The position numbers were made by a program, and so were the translations under genes. Source: Ascoidea asiatica JCM 7603 (taxonomy: Eukaryota; Fungi; Ascomycota). From it: DNA of 64,000 nucleotides. Of the stretch, positions 1 to 12,700 are shown in pieces. The stretch is taken from NCBI GenBank assembly GCA_001600695.1, contig BCKQ01000002.1:577183-641182 (forward strand). Reading direction: 5' to 3'. The notes beneath the pieces were generated by a model. The model saw nothing but the letters and a program-made list of their open reading frames with translations, was not told the origin of the DNA and did no database searches. Within the stretch, counting starts at the first letter, position 1. Each line of letters begins with the position of its first letter.

Positions 1-1410
1 CCACAGAATATGATACCTAATAATCAACAATTATCTTATGATTTCAATACAACAAAATCTCCTTCACCTCAACCACAAACTTATAATTCCATGGAGACTT
101 TAAAACCTACAATGACTGGCTCTGCAAATGCTTTTTTAAAACATAGTATTAGTAATCCTGATTTAGCTTCTCAAAATCAATCTAACAATACACAATTACT
201 AAAGCCGACAATGACTGGTTCTGCGAATGCTTTTTTGAAACATAGTGGTCCTTCTTTTTTTAATCAATCTCAAATTGCTCCAATTTCTTCAATTCCTCAA
301 ATTTCTCCTAGTTCTTCTCTAATGGATTTTTCAAATATTTTCCAAACTCAACCACAAATCAATTCAACACAACTAAATCAACAATCTCAAATTCGAGTTC
401 AACAAGCTCAATTTCAACCTCAAATGCAAACTTCAATACTGAATCAGCCTCAAAAAGTACAAGAATCAAATCCTCAAATTCAACTACAATCTTTTCCTAA
501 TAATCCTTTTCCCTCAATTGATGGTGTTACTTCTCAATTAAATATTCCTCCTGTCCCGCCTCCTAGAAGAAGTCGTTCAACTTCTTCACCTATCCCTATT
601 ATAAATCTAGAACCTTCTAATACAAATATTAAAAATAATCAATTATATAATAATACAAATTTTCCAAGAGTAGGCTCTCCTCTTGCCAATGGTTTTTATG
701 AACAATCAATAACTCAACCTTCTTTTTCTAATAATTTAGGAATTCCTTATCAAAATCCTAGAAAATCATTATCTAATTCCGATTTAAATTCAACTTCCAA
801 TAATAACACTAACTCTTCAAATTTTAATCATAATTTATCTGATTCTAATATTAATAGTTTCACAAATTCTTCTTTATCAAATTTTCCACCTCCTCCAGTA
901 TCAAATGGAAGAAAAAATTCTCTTTTCAATAATCCCGAAGCTCCACCATCATTACCTCCAAAAATAATGGAACTAAATTCATTCGCATCTCCTGGAGTAA
1001 ATACTAATTTTCAGCAACATAATCCAATTAAAAATGGAAACTTTCCAAATAATCAGTTTGCTACTTCTTCTAACATTATTAATAATGTTCCATTAAATCC
1101 TTATATTAATAACCAACAGAGCATTTCTGCATTTCCAAATCAGTCTAATTCACTTTATAACATGAATGAATTTAACCAGAGTAATAATATGCAATCAATG
1201 AATCCTATGCAAATGGGAAATGTCAATCAATTCAATTCTTCTAACACTTTTTTAGCGCAGGCTCAAAATAATTCAGGAAATAATTATGTTTCTCAACTAT
1301 TCAATGGCTCTTCTGTAAACAATCAACAGACTAACCAACCTATTGATTTGAAAACATTTGAAAGTAACTTTCTACCTACTAATTCATCTAATCGTGGTGG
1401 CTTTTTTTGA
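1..1410 (+). CDS. SCD5: C-terminal part of Scd5, PP1-targeting endocytosis/cortical actin protein (5' end upstream of window)
   Basis: Frame is open to position 1; two copies of LKPTMTGSANAFLKHS (100-147, 199-246) match the Scd5 LxxTxTG (Prk1-site) repeat; Pro-rich PPVPPPRR and PPSLPPK motifs; N/Q-rich tail. Confidence 0.8.
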   Translation, partial: PQNMIPNNQQLSYDFNTTKSPSPQPQTYNSMETLKPTMTGSANAFLKHSISNPDLASQNQSNNTQLLKPTMTGSANAFLKHSGPSFFNQSQIAPISSIPQISPSSSLMDFSNIFQTQPQINSTQLNQQSQIRVQQAQFQPQMQTSILNQPQKVQESNPQIQLQSFPNNPFPSIDGVTSQLNIPPVPPPRRSRSTSSPIPIINLEPSNTNIKNNQLYNNTNFPRVGSPLANGFYEQSITQPSFSNNLGIPYQNPRKSLSNSDLNSTSNNNTNSSNFNHNLSDSNINSFTNSSLSNFPPPPVSNGRKNSLFNNPEAPPSLPPKIMELNSFASPGVNTNFQQHNPIKNGNFPNNQFATSSNIINNVPLNPYINNQQSISAFPNQSNSLYNMNEFNQSNNMQSMNPMQMGNVNQFNSSNTFLAQAQNNSGNNYVSQLFNGSSVNNQQTNQPIDLKTFESNFLPTNSSNRGGFF

Positions 1411-1699
1411 TATAAAATATTATTTATTTCATCTCTTTTTAATTTCACCGTACATAATTTACAGTCTCGCTTTTATTCTTTTATATAGAAGAAAACATAA
1501 AATTATCATGATTCTTTTGCATAAACATTAAATTTCCGTAAATTCTTTTATGAATTGCTTTGAACAATTAATGCCAGAAAATCTTGAGAATTTTAGAAAA
1601 AATTTGAAATTTTTTTTTTACTTTTCTAAGAAGAATTTATTAAACTTGTAATTACATACGATTTGAAAACAGAAAAATAACATCAAAAACATTTGAAAC

Positions 1700-2586
1700 T
1701 CAAGCTTCCATATCTTCATCACCTTCCTCATCTTCTTCATCATCATCGTCACTTTCTTCTTCTGCAAGTTTTTTGACTTCTTGAAGAAGATCATCTGGAA
1801 TGTATTGATGATAACCATTAGTTTCAGAAGTACTGACCCAGCTAATTTCAAGTTCGAAATCTTTATCCTTCTGATCCTCATGAGCCAAATATATAATTCT
1901 TGCAGCTTCCTTGACAGCTTCTCTACAAGAGATGTTTGGTAAGTCTAGTTTTTCTAACTCAGATTTGGCAATTTGTCTTCCTTTTCCTGCAGCGGCACCT
2001 AAGTATCCCCAATAAACACCCGATGGTTCAAGCATATAAAGATGTGATCCTTCTTCATCAACTCCTCCTATAATTGCCATAACTCCAAAAGGTCTCACTG
2101 AATTATAACATGTATGAGCTTGGATATAATTACCAAGTCTGTCAGCAAGATAAGAAATAGGAATTGGAGATTTATAGAAAGATCTATAATTTTTGGCTTC
2201 TTCACGTCCTCTATTTGCCAAATGACGAGAGTCTGGTAAAAGTCCTGAAGAAACAATACCTGCATGTCTATCTACAGAAAGGATCTTATGATTCTTTCCA
2301 GGAACTAATAATTTGGAACTTATTATTTTCTCATATGCAAATACAACACCATCATTACATTTTATACCAATTGACGTACCAGCATTTTCCACTGCTTTAC
2401 CAGCATACTCAACTTGAAAATTTCTTCCATCAGGAGAAAAAACACTATTTGAAAGATCATATCCTGTTCCAATTGAAGTCTATAATATAAAAATTCAGGT
2501 GGCAATAATGTTAGAAATTGTTCCAATTAACTCTGAATGAAGATGAAAAGTGGGGTTTGAAGCCAAAAAAAAAGATTTCTTACCAT
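1700..2586 (-). CDS. PRE10: 20S proteasome alpha-7 subunit; join(2586..2584, 2479..1700)
   Basis: Splicing the ATG to ACT TCA ATT GGA gives MTSIGTGYDLSNSVFSPDGRNFQVEYA, in frame with ORF 1700..2392; GKGRQIAKSELEKL and acidic tail are typical of alpha-7. Confidence 0.95.
2480..2583 (-). other. Spliceosomal intron of PRE10 (104 nt, directly after the ATG)
   Basis: 5' GTAAGA, branch-like TTCTAAC (2516-2510), 3' TAG; restores the conserved N-terminus in frame. Confidence 0.9.
2498..2506 (+). promoter_or_regulatory. PACE-like Rpn4 site GGTGGCAAT inside the PRE10 intron
   Basis: 8/9 match to PACE GGTGGCAAA in a proteasome gene. Confidence 0.45.
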
Positions 2587-2901
2587 TGTTGATTGAATTT
2601 ATAATTTTTTAGTTTAATTTATTTCTTGGATAATAATTCAAGAAAAAAAATGTATTTGATATAATTCAAGCAAATAGCTTAAAGATGTTCAAAGATTAAG
2701 ATTTCACCACCTAATAACAATATCGGATTGTCAGATTGCCTGAAATTAAGAGACTCCGCAGGGTAATGGTTTTTTACTTTTATTTTTTGCTTCAACTCTA
2801 TTTTTTTGATCGATTTGATTGAAGTATCTCTGTTGTGAGAATGAATTCAATCGAAATTTTATTCAAATAATGTTTGAATATATCCAAAAGCTCAAAGTGA
2901 T

Positions 2902-4884
2902 ATGTCACAAGATTCAATAAGAGTAGTTTTATGTGGTGATGATGGAGTCGGAAAATCAAGTTTAATTGTATCTCTAGTCAAAGAGGTTTTTTTGCCCAAT
3001 ATCCAAAATGTACTACCTATAGTATCTATTCCTAGGGACTTTTCCTATTCTCCTTTTACTCCAAATTCAACTTTATTAATTGATACCTCTTCCCAGGATT
3101 TGAAAAAATTACATCAAGAAATAAGAGATGCAGATGTTATTTGGTTAGTTTATTCGGATCATTATACTTATGAGAGAATATCTTTATATTGGATGCAAAT
3201 GTTTAGATCTATGGGCGTGAATTTGCCTGTTGTTTTATGTTCAAATAAATCAGATTCAACTATAAAAAATGAAGGACTTGACGTACTGAATAATAACAAT
3301 ATAATAAATGATGAGTTTATACCTTTGTTGCAGGAATTTAAAGAGATAGAGTCTTGCATAAGGTGCAGTGCAAAAGATAATTACAATGTTAATCAAGCAT
3401 TTTATCTTTGTCAGAGAGCTGTAACCCATCCAGTTGCTCCTTTATATGATACAAAAGAAATGAGTTTAAAACCGTTAGCAATTAGTGCTCTAAAAAGGAT
3501 TTTTTTCTTGTGTGATAAAGATCAAGACGGTTGTTTGAATGATAGTGAATTTTTAAGACTCCAGAAGAAATGCTTTCATAAAAATATTGACTTGAACGAG
3601 TTGAACAATATAAAAAACGGAGTGAATAAAGCTGTCAGAATCAAAAATGAAGATAAGCATAAAAGTAATTTAAGCAATAGTTCTTATGAAGCTGTCAGTG
3701 ATATAAGTTATCAAGATGATCAAAGTTTATCTTCGTTTTCTAATACAAAATCTGGATATGGACTGTCAGGATTAACTGAAGAAGGATTTTTAACATTAAA
3801 TAGGCTTTATGCAGATCAGGGTAGACACGAGACTATCTGGGGAGTTTTAAGAAAGTTTCATTACACTAATTCATTATCTTTAAGTGACAAATATTTATAT
3901 CCAAAAGTAGATGTCCCTTTAAATTCTTCTGTTGAGCTTTCTCCAATAGGATATCGATTTTTTGTTGATTTATTCATTTTGTTTGATAAAGATAACGACG
4001 GTGGATTGAATGAACATGAATTGGAAGCCTTATTCACCCCTACTCCAGGAATTCCAAAAATCTGGCAGGACTCTAATTTTCCAGATACAACAGTTCGAAA
4101 TGAGCAAGGTGATGTTACTCTTCAGGGTTGGCTTGCTCAATGGTCAATGACAACTTTTTTAGACTATAAAACCACATTAGCATATCTAGGATATCTAGGG
4201 TTTGAAGATGTCAATGATAATCAGACCGAAAGCAGAGGTAGTAATTATTTGATATCTACATCAAGCATAAGAAATAAAAAAAAAATTCTGACCGAAACTG
4301 CTTTAAAAGTAACGAAACCCAGAAAGTCAAGACTTAGAAATAATGTAAGATTTAGGACATTAACAAGTGATAGAACTGTATTTAATTGCTTCATTTTAGG
4401 ATCAAGTGGGTCAGGTAAATCTTCTTTATTAGAAGCATTTTTAGGAAGAACATTTAGTGACTTGTATTCACCAACAATTCAGCCTAGAATGGTCGTTAAT
4501 AGTGTTGAACTTAGAGGAGGTAAACAATGTTATTTAATTTTAGAAGAATTAGGAGAACTTGAGCCAGCAATTCTTGAAAATCAAACAAGGCTTGACCAAT
4601 GTGATGTATTATGTTTAACATATGACTCTTCTGATCCTGACTCGTTTTCATATTTAGTTGAGTTAAAGAAAAAATATTCTACTTTGGAAAAGATTCCAGC
4701 TGTTTTTGTGGCATTAAAAGCTGATTTGGATAAACAACAGCAAAGATGTGAATATCAACCAGATCAATACACCAGAGAAGTTCTTCAAATGAAAACTGTT
4801 CCTTTACATATTTCAGGATATTGGGCAGACTCTCTTAATGAATTGTTTACCCAACTAGTAGAAGCTGCCCAAGATGGTATTTAA
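2902..4884 (+). CDS. GEM1: Mitochondrial Rho GTPase (Miro): GTPase-EF hand-EF hand-GTPase; no C-terminal TM visible
   Basis: [10 protein letters not shown]-loop, EF hands [12 protein letters not shown] and [12 protein letters not shown], second P-loop [19 protein letters not shown]. Confidence 0.95.
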   Translation: MSQDSIRVVLCGDDGVGKSSLIVSLVKEVFLPNIQNVLPIVSIPRDFSYSPFTPNSTLLIDTSSQDLKKLHQEIRDADVIWLVYSDHYTYERISLYWMQMFRSMGVNLPVVLCSNKSDSTIKNEGLDVLNNNNIINDEFIPLLQEFKEIESCIRCSAKDNYNVNQAFYLCQRAVTHPVAPLYDTKEMSLKPLAISALKRIFFLCDKDQDGCLNDSEFLRLQKKCFHKNIDLNELNNIKNGVNKAVRIKNEDKHKSNLSNSSYEAVSDISYQDDQSLSSFSNTKSGYGLSGLTEEGFLTLNRLYADQGRHETIWGVLRKFHYTNSLSLSDKYLYPKVDVPLNSSVELSPIGYRFFVDLFILFDKDNDGGLNEHELEALFTPTPGIPKIWQDSNFPDTTVRNEQGDVTLQGWLAQWSMTTFLDYKTTLAYLGYLGFEDVNDNQTESRGSNYLISTSSIRNKKKILTETALKVTKPRKSRLRNNVRFRTLTSDRTVFNCFILGSSGSGKSSLLEAFLGRTFSDLYSPTIQPRMVVNSVELRGGKQCYLILEELGELEPAILENQTRLDQCDVLCLTYDSSDPDSFSYLVELKKKYSTLEKIPAVFVALKADLDKQQQRCEYQPDQYTREVLQMKTVPLHISGYWADSLNELFTQLVEAAQDGI

Positions 4885-5574
4885 TTCTTGTATATAAATC
4901 ATACTTTATAAATATCTAATAAAAATCAGATTAAGCTATAAGCATACAAGAATAAGAATAGCCACTAAATTTATATTGTTTTTCAATAAAAAATCTATTT
5001 TCTAAGGAAAAATCCTACAATTAAAGGATTAGCCCAAGATTTAATTACAGAATGCTTTCAAAGAAAATTAATTTTTAAAGATATTTATTAAAGCTATAAA
5101 AAAAATTTAAACGGTTTCAAAAGAAAGACAAAAAAAAAAATAGAAGAAAAAAAAATAAAGTTAGTTTAAAAGCAAAGTTCCAAACCTTTTTTTGAAAGAA
5201 CAATCCTGATAAAAATGTTAGTAAATTTAAATCTCTTAATTTCGATTTCTCTTGAAATTCTTTCATTATTTATTTGGTTTTCAGAATAAAATTTCTCGAC
5301 ACAATATTTAAGACAGGGATAACTGTAATATATATAAAAATATTTTCTCATCATTTAAACAAAACATTAACATGTTAACGAAAGCTAAATAAATAAACAT
5401 ACACTAAGAAGAAAAAAGCTAAAGTTCTTTGGCTAATTAATTTAAAAGAAAATATATAATAAACATAAGAAGAAAAGCATCAAATATTTATAGTATATTT
5501 TGCTGAAAAAATATCTATTTTATCATCTTTATTTCTCAAATGCAAAGCTCATAAATATTTAGGGCAAAATATAG

Positions 5575-5582
5575 CCGGGTAA
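5575..5582 (+). promoter_or_regulatory. Reb1 site CCGGGTAA upstream of UTP13
   Basis: Exact Reb1 consensus ~290 bp upstream of the ATG. Confidence 0.6.
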
Positions 5583-5746
5583 TAAAATTCTTTTCTTCTT
5601 AAACAACCAGTGTTTTTAAGTTGTCTCCTAACAAAAAAAAATGGATGTTAATTAATTGGCTTTCCGCACTTTGGAAGCTTTGAAATTTATCAAGGATAAA
5701 AAAAAAATCCGTACTGCTTAACAATGTAACACCCAACCTTATTTGT

Positions 5747-5758
5747 AATTTTTTTTCA
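5747..5758 (-). promoter_or_regulatory. RRPE-like element (TGAAAAAAAATT) upstream of UTP13
   Basis: Resembles the RRPE TGAAAAWTTTT of ribosome-biogenesis genes; weak because the region is AT-rich. Confidence 0.35.
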
Positions 5759-5867
5759 GCTTTGCAAATTTATTTATTTTGATCGATGGTTTTAAAGAAG
5801 TTACAATAAAAAGTGAAAAAATATTTCAAAATAATATTATAAAAAAGCTTTCATAATATACAAGAAA

Positions 5868-8297
5868 ATGGAAGAGGAATCACTAATTACTTATTCTCAT
5901 AAAGATGTTGGACCTTTTTATATGGGAAGTTCTCCAATTTCCATATCCTTAGATGGGTCGATTTTAGCTACAGCATTAAATGAAGATATTGTTATCTCAA
6001 ATCCAATTACAAATGAAATAATTGATGAAATAGAAGGAGATGGAGAACTAATAACTTGTTTAGAAATAACACCAGACTCTAGAAATCTTGCAGTTTGCTC
6101 AACATCTCAACAATTTCGTATTTACAATTTAGATTCAAAATCTTTTGCTAAAAATTTTAAATTATCTTCTCCAGTCTACGTAATAACTGCTGATTTAACC
6201 TCCACTTTATTTGCTTGTGGTGGGGCAGATGGTACAATAAGCGTATTTGATTTAGAAAATCAATATCTAACTCATACTTTCCATCATTCTACTACGATAT
6301 CCGCTTTGAACGTTTTTGCTTCGGATGATAAAAAAAAATGGTGGTTGGGCTCTGGTGATGTTTCAGGAAATGTTAAAGTTTTTGATTTAGTTTCAAGAAA
6401 ACAAATCTATAATTCTCAAGATCATAATTCCGCCATTCGTGCTGTCAATTTCAATTCAAATGGAGACCTTATGCTTACTGGAGGAAGAGATAAAATTTGT
6501 CAAATACATGATTGTACTAAAAAGTTCAAGGTTACCACTACTATTCCTTGTAATCAACAAATAGAATCAGCAGGGTTTGTGAATATAAAAGATGATGAAT
6601 ATTTTTTCACTGCAGGTGATCTTCCAATTATAAAAATATGGGACTATAAAAAAGGTAAACTTATTGCTTCCTCCAAAAAGCCTTTAATTACTAAAGAGGA
6701 ATTAATATTTACTCAAGTTTTAAAAATTTTTTCTACTGAAGATATTGATAAAGGAAAAACTAAGTTAATTGCAAATGTTAGCGATCAATCTATCTTAGAA
6801 TTTGAAATCAACGATCTAAATTTCAGCAATGAAAACCATGACCAAGTGTTTTCATATTCTAAGTGTTTTGCTGGTAATCATGGAATAATATCAGATTTAA
6901 GATTTGTAACACCTTTAAAAAATCGTTTGGCTTTAGCAACTAATTCTCCTTCCTTAAGAATTATAAATCCTTACACTAATTCAATGGAAGTAAATATCTT
7001 GCAAAGTCATGAAGATTTAATTAATTCTTTAGATGCATCTGAAGATGGTTGCTGGATTGCTACAGCTGGTAAAGATCGTAATGTCAAACTTTGGAAATAT
7101 CATTCTACAAAGCAAACATTTGTAGTTTTTGCTACCTTTTCTGGCCATTCAGGTTCTGTTACTTGCGTAGCAATACCTAAAACTTTCAAAGAATATCCTG
7201 AATTTATTATAAGTGGTTCTGATGATCTAACTGTTAAAAAATGGAAAGTCCCAAAATTCGATGAACATAGTTTTTTAAAGGAAGAATTTACTTCAAATTT
7301 AGTTTCTACTGCTTTATATGGTAGAAGAGCTCATGAAAAGGATATAAATAGTATTTGCATGTCTCGAAACAATAAAATATTTGCCACAGCTAGTTTTGAT
7401 AAAACTGCTAAAATATGGAGTGTTGAGACAGGTGAAATAATAGGAATATTAAAAGGGCATAAAAGAGGTTTGTGGGATATCACAATTTCCCCTTCATCTA
7501 AATATGTTGCTACATCTAGTGGAGATAAAACCATAAAAACTTGGTCTTTAGATAATTACAACTGTGTAAGAACATTTGAAGGTCACTCCAATTCTATACA
7601 AAGAGTTAGATTTATTAAAGAAGAAACACAATTAGTATCGGCAGGTGCTGAAGGTATTGTTAAAATCTGGGATATTCAAACAGGTGATTGCCTTAAGAAC
7701 TTAGATAATCATAACAATAGAATTTGGGGTCTTGAAATTAAAAATGATGGGGAGACAATAGTAAGTGCTGATGCTGATGGATTATTAAGTATATGGGAAG
7801 ATAAAACTGAAGAAAAAATTGCAAGTGAAGTTGAGAAAAAAAAACAAAAAGTTGAAGAAGAACAATCTTTACAGAATTTTATTTACAATAAAGATTGGAA
7901 GAATGCTTTTTTAATGGCTCTTAAATTAGATCATCCAATGAGATTATATAACGTTGTTAGAGAATGTATAAAAGCAAATGAAAATCCTGAAAGTATATTG
8001 GGCTCAAATCAGTTAGATGAGTGCATCAAAAGTTTCAGCGAAGAGCAAATAACCACTGTTTTTAATAGAATTAAAAACTGGAATGTAAATTCAAGATTTT
8101 ATGAAATAGCGCAAAAAATGATTAAGACAATTTTAGTTCATCATGATATCAAAAAGTTGGCGGAAATTCCTGGGTTAAAAAACACTATTTCCCATATTGT
8201 ACCATATTCCGAAAGACATTATTCAAGATTGAATGATTTACTTGAACAAAGTTACATAATTGATTATAACATAGCATTATTTAGTGAAATTATATAA
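5868..8297 (+). CDS. UTP13: U3 snoRNP/SSU processome WD40 protein Utp13 (TBL3)
   Basis: Many WD40 repeats, GNHGIISD, LALATNSPSLRI, RRAHEKDIN, GHKRGLWD; C-terminal Utp13 domain LDHPMRL...PYSERHYSRL. Confidence 0.93.
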   Translation: MEEESLITYSHKDVGPFYMGSSPISISLDGSILATALNEDIVISNPITNEIIDEIEGDGELITCLEITPDSRNLAVCSTSQQFRIYNLDSKSFAKNFKLSSPVYVITADLTSTLFACGGADGTISVFDLENQYLTHTFHHSTTISALNVFASDDKKKWWLGSGDVSGNVKVFDLVSRKQIYNSQDHNSAIRAVNFNSNGDLMLTGGRDKICQIHDCTKKFKVTTTIPCNQQIESAGFVNIKDDEYFFTAGDLPIIKIWDYKKGKLIASSKKPLITKEELIFTQVLKIFSTEDIDKGKTKLIANVSDQSILEFEINDLNFSNENHDQVFSYSKCFAGNHGIISDLRFVTPLKNRLALATNSPSLRIINPYTNSMEVNILQSHEDLINSLDASEDGCWIATAGKDRNVKLWKYHSTKQTFVVFATFSGHSGSVTCVAIPKTFKEYPEFIISGSDDLTVKKWKVPKFDEHSFLKEEFTSNLVSTALYGRRAHEKDINSICMSRNNKIFATASFDKTAKIWSVETGEIIGILKGHKRGLWDITISPSSKYVATSSGDKTIKTWSLDNYNCVRTFEGHSNSIQRVRFIKEETQLVSAGAEGIVKIWDIQTGDCLKNLDNHNNRIWGLEIKNDGETIVSADADGLLSIWEDKTEEKIASEVEKKKQKVEEEQSLQNFIYNKDWKNAFLMALKLDHPMRLYNVVRECIKANENPESILGSNQLDECIKSFSEEQITTVFNRIKNWNVNSRFYEIAQKMIKTILVHHDIKKLAEIPGLKNTISHIVPYSERHYSRLNDLLEQSYIIDYNIALFSEII

Positions 8298-8600
8298 TTT
8301 AAATACAAAAATTATAAATTATTTTATTAATAAAATACTCTGCGCAGTAGTGTAAAATATTATTTTTCATAAAATTACCAAAGGTCGGAAACATATTTAT
8401 ATGTTGTTGGATGACCCATGGGAATGGTATCATAACAAAATAGAATCATAAACATACTTTTTAAAATAAAAAATAAAGTTTGCTTTCAAAAAAAAAATAG
8501 TTGAATATTTATTGAGTTGATAAGTTTCTTATAATTGAATATTTTTTGAATCAGAGAGCTTGAAAGGCAGAATTATTAATAAACAAAACCATACCTTAAT

Positions 8601-9409
8601 ATGCCTATTAATCAGCCTTCAAATCAAATAAAGCTTACTAACGTTTCGTTAGTTCGTATGAAAAAAGGAAAAAAAAGATTTGAAATAGCCTGTTATCAAA
8701 ATAAAATTCAAGACTGGAGATCAGGAATGTATGTTTTATTCTTTTTTTTTTATTCTTTATATTACAAAATTACTGTTATATGGTAACTAACATTTGTTTT
8801 ATTAATTTCAGAGAGAAGGACTTAGATGAAGTACTACAGATTCCACAAGTTTTTATAAACGTCTCAAAGGGATTAATAGCTCCAAATGAAGATTTAAAGA
8901 AATCTTTTGGAACAACTGATGTGAATAAAATTGTAATGGAGATTCTTAAAAAGGGAGAAATACAACTAAATGAAAAAGAAAGACAAACAAAAATAAAACA
9001 AATAACCAATGAAATGCTAACTATAATATCAACCAAATGTGTTAATCCAAATTCAAAAAAGAGATATCCTCCAAGTATGATTCTTAAGGCCTTAAATGAG
9101 TTAAAATTAAACGTTCTTCCTAACAAAGCAGCTAAAAGTCAAGCATTAGAAGCCATTAAGTTGCTAGTAGCTAAACAGATAATTCCTATTGCTAGAGCTC
9201 AAATGAAAGTAAAACTTACTCTAGATTCAAAAAAATATAAGAAAGATAGTGAAAAAATTAAAGCTCTTCTAGCAGTTGAGTCTGAAGATTATAATTCCGG
9301 GGATTGGGAGTGTTACGCTTTAATAGACCCCAGTGTTTTCAAAGAGTTATCAAAAGAAATCAATGACAGACATGGTCTGATTGAAGTTTTGGATATGGCT
9401 GTAATTTAA
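8601..9409 (+). CDS. SDO1: SBDS-family 60S maturation factor; join(8601..8728, 8812..9409)
   Basis: [35 protein letters not shown]; the splice gives [12 protein letters not shown]; [10 protein letters not shown]. Confidence 0.95.
8729..8811 (+). other. Spliceosomal intron of SDO1 (83 nt)
   Basis: GTATGT, branch AACTAAC 8785-8791, CAG 3' end; joins two ORF-track fragments in frame. Confidence 0.93.
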
Positions 9410-9798
9410 CTACAATTTTTTTCATGTATTTTTCATTTACCTTTAACTGCTCTCAAAAAAGTTGATAGATAAAAATATGTCCAAAAATAAAAAAGTTATT
9501 TTTACAAAGTACACTAAAAATTATATAGTTAGTAGTAATATTGACTACAAAAATAAACAAAAAAATTAGAATTTAGTTTAAATAAAAGATTAGAAATATG
9601 ATAAAGGTTATTTAATAATTTTTAATTTTACAAGGAGAAAGCAAGTGAATTGAATACTCCTCCCATCCTATCGAGCCAGTTATTACCACCACAGAACCAA
9701 CATCTAAAATTATCATAATAATATAGTCAGCACACTTAACAAAAAAATAAAATAAAACAGTATGCGATAAAAAACAGTGAATAAAAAAAATAGAATAC

Positions 9799-12700
9799 TT
9801 AAGCAATAGTTGACCAGGTAGCCAATGAGGGGGTTGATGTAAGGAATGATTTTGGAGCAGAATTTCCGGTATCATTATGAGATTGATTTCTTGGTTGAAA
9901 GAGTCCTTTGAATGTTCCAGTTAGATCTTGACCTAAGGTTTCGGAAACATGACTACCACCAACGGCAGGAGCAGCGATCAAAATAATAAAGAGGAGCAAA
10001 ATCAAAAAATAAAGAACCGAGTATCTTCTAACCATTCTTCTTCTTAACTTTGCTTGTTTTAATGAATATATTGGTGGTCTAATTTGTCTACTTGGCTTCA
10101 ACCAGAATAAAGCCATTGAATGCCATCTGTCAGCAAATGGAAGCAAAATTAGAGGTAATTGTGCAATTAAAATAATATGACCAAGAATAAAATCTGCAGC
10201 AAATTCAGATTGTTCAATAACCTTAGCAGCAAATTCACGAGCAGGTTGAGTTAAAGCCATATATCCTAATCCTGAACCATACCATTTACCCGTCCAGAAA
10301 GCAGCATTGGCATGATCATTTTTGAATTCTCTTGTTAAAAAAAATAAAGTCATGAATTTAAACAAAACTCTTTGAATATAGATCATACAAACCAATCCTA
10401 AAACCATTCTTGCAAAACTGAATCCTTCTAAGACCCAGATTACAACAAAAAAAACCATATGAATGATTACAGAAAAGCCATGGGCAATAGCTGCCATAAC
10501 TGGCCCTGTTTTTTTACAGCACAATCCCAAAAGAGGACCAGCACAACAAGATAAACCTAAGCAAAATCCAAGAACACCACAATTAACAACAACAGGAGCT
10601 AATCCACATATAACAATACGAATAGTGGAATTTATAGGATCAGCATTTCCTCCTTTGACACCAGTTTGTGCATTAATAAAAGTGTAGGCAACAAAAATAC
10701 CAGCAGTAAAAAGACATGTTGGAATAAAGTCAGCAGTAATGATGTTTGTACGATGGGCTCTTGGAGCGTCACCGGCAGCTTTTTCAGATGGCTCACCTAA
10801 AACTTTACGTTTAAAACCAGTAATTCTAGATCGTGACATTTTAACATAACCGACCCAAGAATTTTTATGCCATTTTCCATTACCCCTTGACAACCATCTA
10901 ATATAATCACGGTAATCGATGAAAAAATCTTGCCATGAAAATTGATGAGGATTGAAAAAAAATGGAGGAAGAATAAGAGAACTTAATGATCCCCAGAACC
11001 ATAGTAAAGCAGGTTGCCAGTGTGAAGCTGAAGCAAAAAGTAACATAATCATTAATCTTGCACCCATATAAATTGAGGATTGAGCAAAACGAGAGTATAG
11101 CACAGAGAATGGAATACGCGAAGTAGCAAATCCACGACCAGTAGCAATATAACGAGCTCCACCTACAGATAAATCTGATGTAATTGAAGAAGCATAGATT
11201 TGAGCAACAAAGACCTCGAACATTGGAGACAAGGAACAGAAATGACGAACCAATCTTACACAAGTTTTCCAAAGACCCTTTTCAACTAACTCTTGAACAA
11301 ATAAAGGAATAAAGGAAATCCAAAATACAATGAAAATAGAAAGTGTATAACGTCTGACCCAATCAATTGCCGGAGTAAGATTATAACATCCCCTTGGAAT
11401 TTGTTTATCAGTAACTGGAGTATTTTTGTTGTAAGAGCAGATAATAGCTTCATGTGCCAAACTGTTTAAATTGACCAAAGTAACCATAAAAGCTTGTAAG
11501 GATAATTGAATGAATAAATTATTGACATGGAAACCTGGGTGAGCATAGTAAAAAGATAAAAATCGATCTAAAGGTAATTGAGTTCCAAGATAATAATATT
11601 CTCTGGATAACATTTGTTCTCCCATACCAGCTCCAATTTTTGTTGTGAAATTTAAAATTGACCCAAATCCCATATCTCTTCCCTTACCACACTGATAATA
11701 GTCACAATGCTTTATTCTTCCACCACGTAACATAGCATTCATACCTGCATATATATCTTCATTAAGATGTAAACCCTTTTGAGCTTTTGATACACCACCC
11801 CTAGTACACATGAAAGTACCATTAAGGAAATCTGGATGACCATAATGTAATTTACCTCCAATTTGAGCAAGAACCCTGTGGAATAACGTTCCGAATGTCT
11901 GTTCTTTTCCAGCAGCAACATCTCCGAGAATACCTGTATTTTCGGAAAAAATATATTCTCTTGCACCAACAATAGCAACAGGGTGAAAGTTTTTATCCTC
12001 ATATTTTAATTCGGGTGCGTATGGGTTAACTTGTTCTACTGAAAGCTCTTCAAACTCAGCAAGTATAGATCTTATTTTAAGACACTCTTCAAGATAATTA
12101 TCTTGATTTGCATCAATCAATTGAATATATTCTCCTCTATGGAAAATTAAAGCATGATTTTGATTATCTGATTTACCATCACCAATAATAGGATTTCCCG
12201 ATAATTGAATTCTGAATTTAGGTCTACGTCTTCCATTTTCCATTAACTCACAATGTCCGTCAATTACAGCAGAATAAATTCTTGGATCTTGATCTTCATC
12301 GATGGCAGGCTCTTCATCTAAATAAGCAATTTGTAAATCTGGATAAGCACGCAATAAAAACTCAGCATTTTCGGCTTCATCTGGTTTGAATTTAGACAAT
12401 CTTTGCATACTAACAACAAATTTGAATTTTCTTCTAGCCATTCTCTCAAGTTCCCTTTCTAGCCCTTCAGTATTACCCCCGTAAAGTTGAACTATCTCCG
12501 GATTTTCAACTCTATAAAGTAATTTTATAGCTCTTGCGTAGTTCATCATTCCTGATACAGTACGATATAATGTTTGAGCTCTTAATGAAGCCCAAATTCT
12601 TGTTCTTAGGGTATATTCAGGTGCAGCACTTTTAAAACCAATACAATAAAATGGTAAATCATCAATTTGAGATTTTAAAGTATCATCCTCTTTATTAGAG

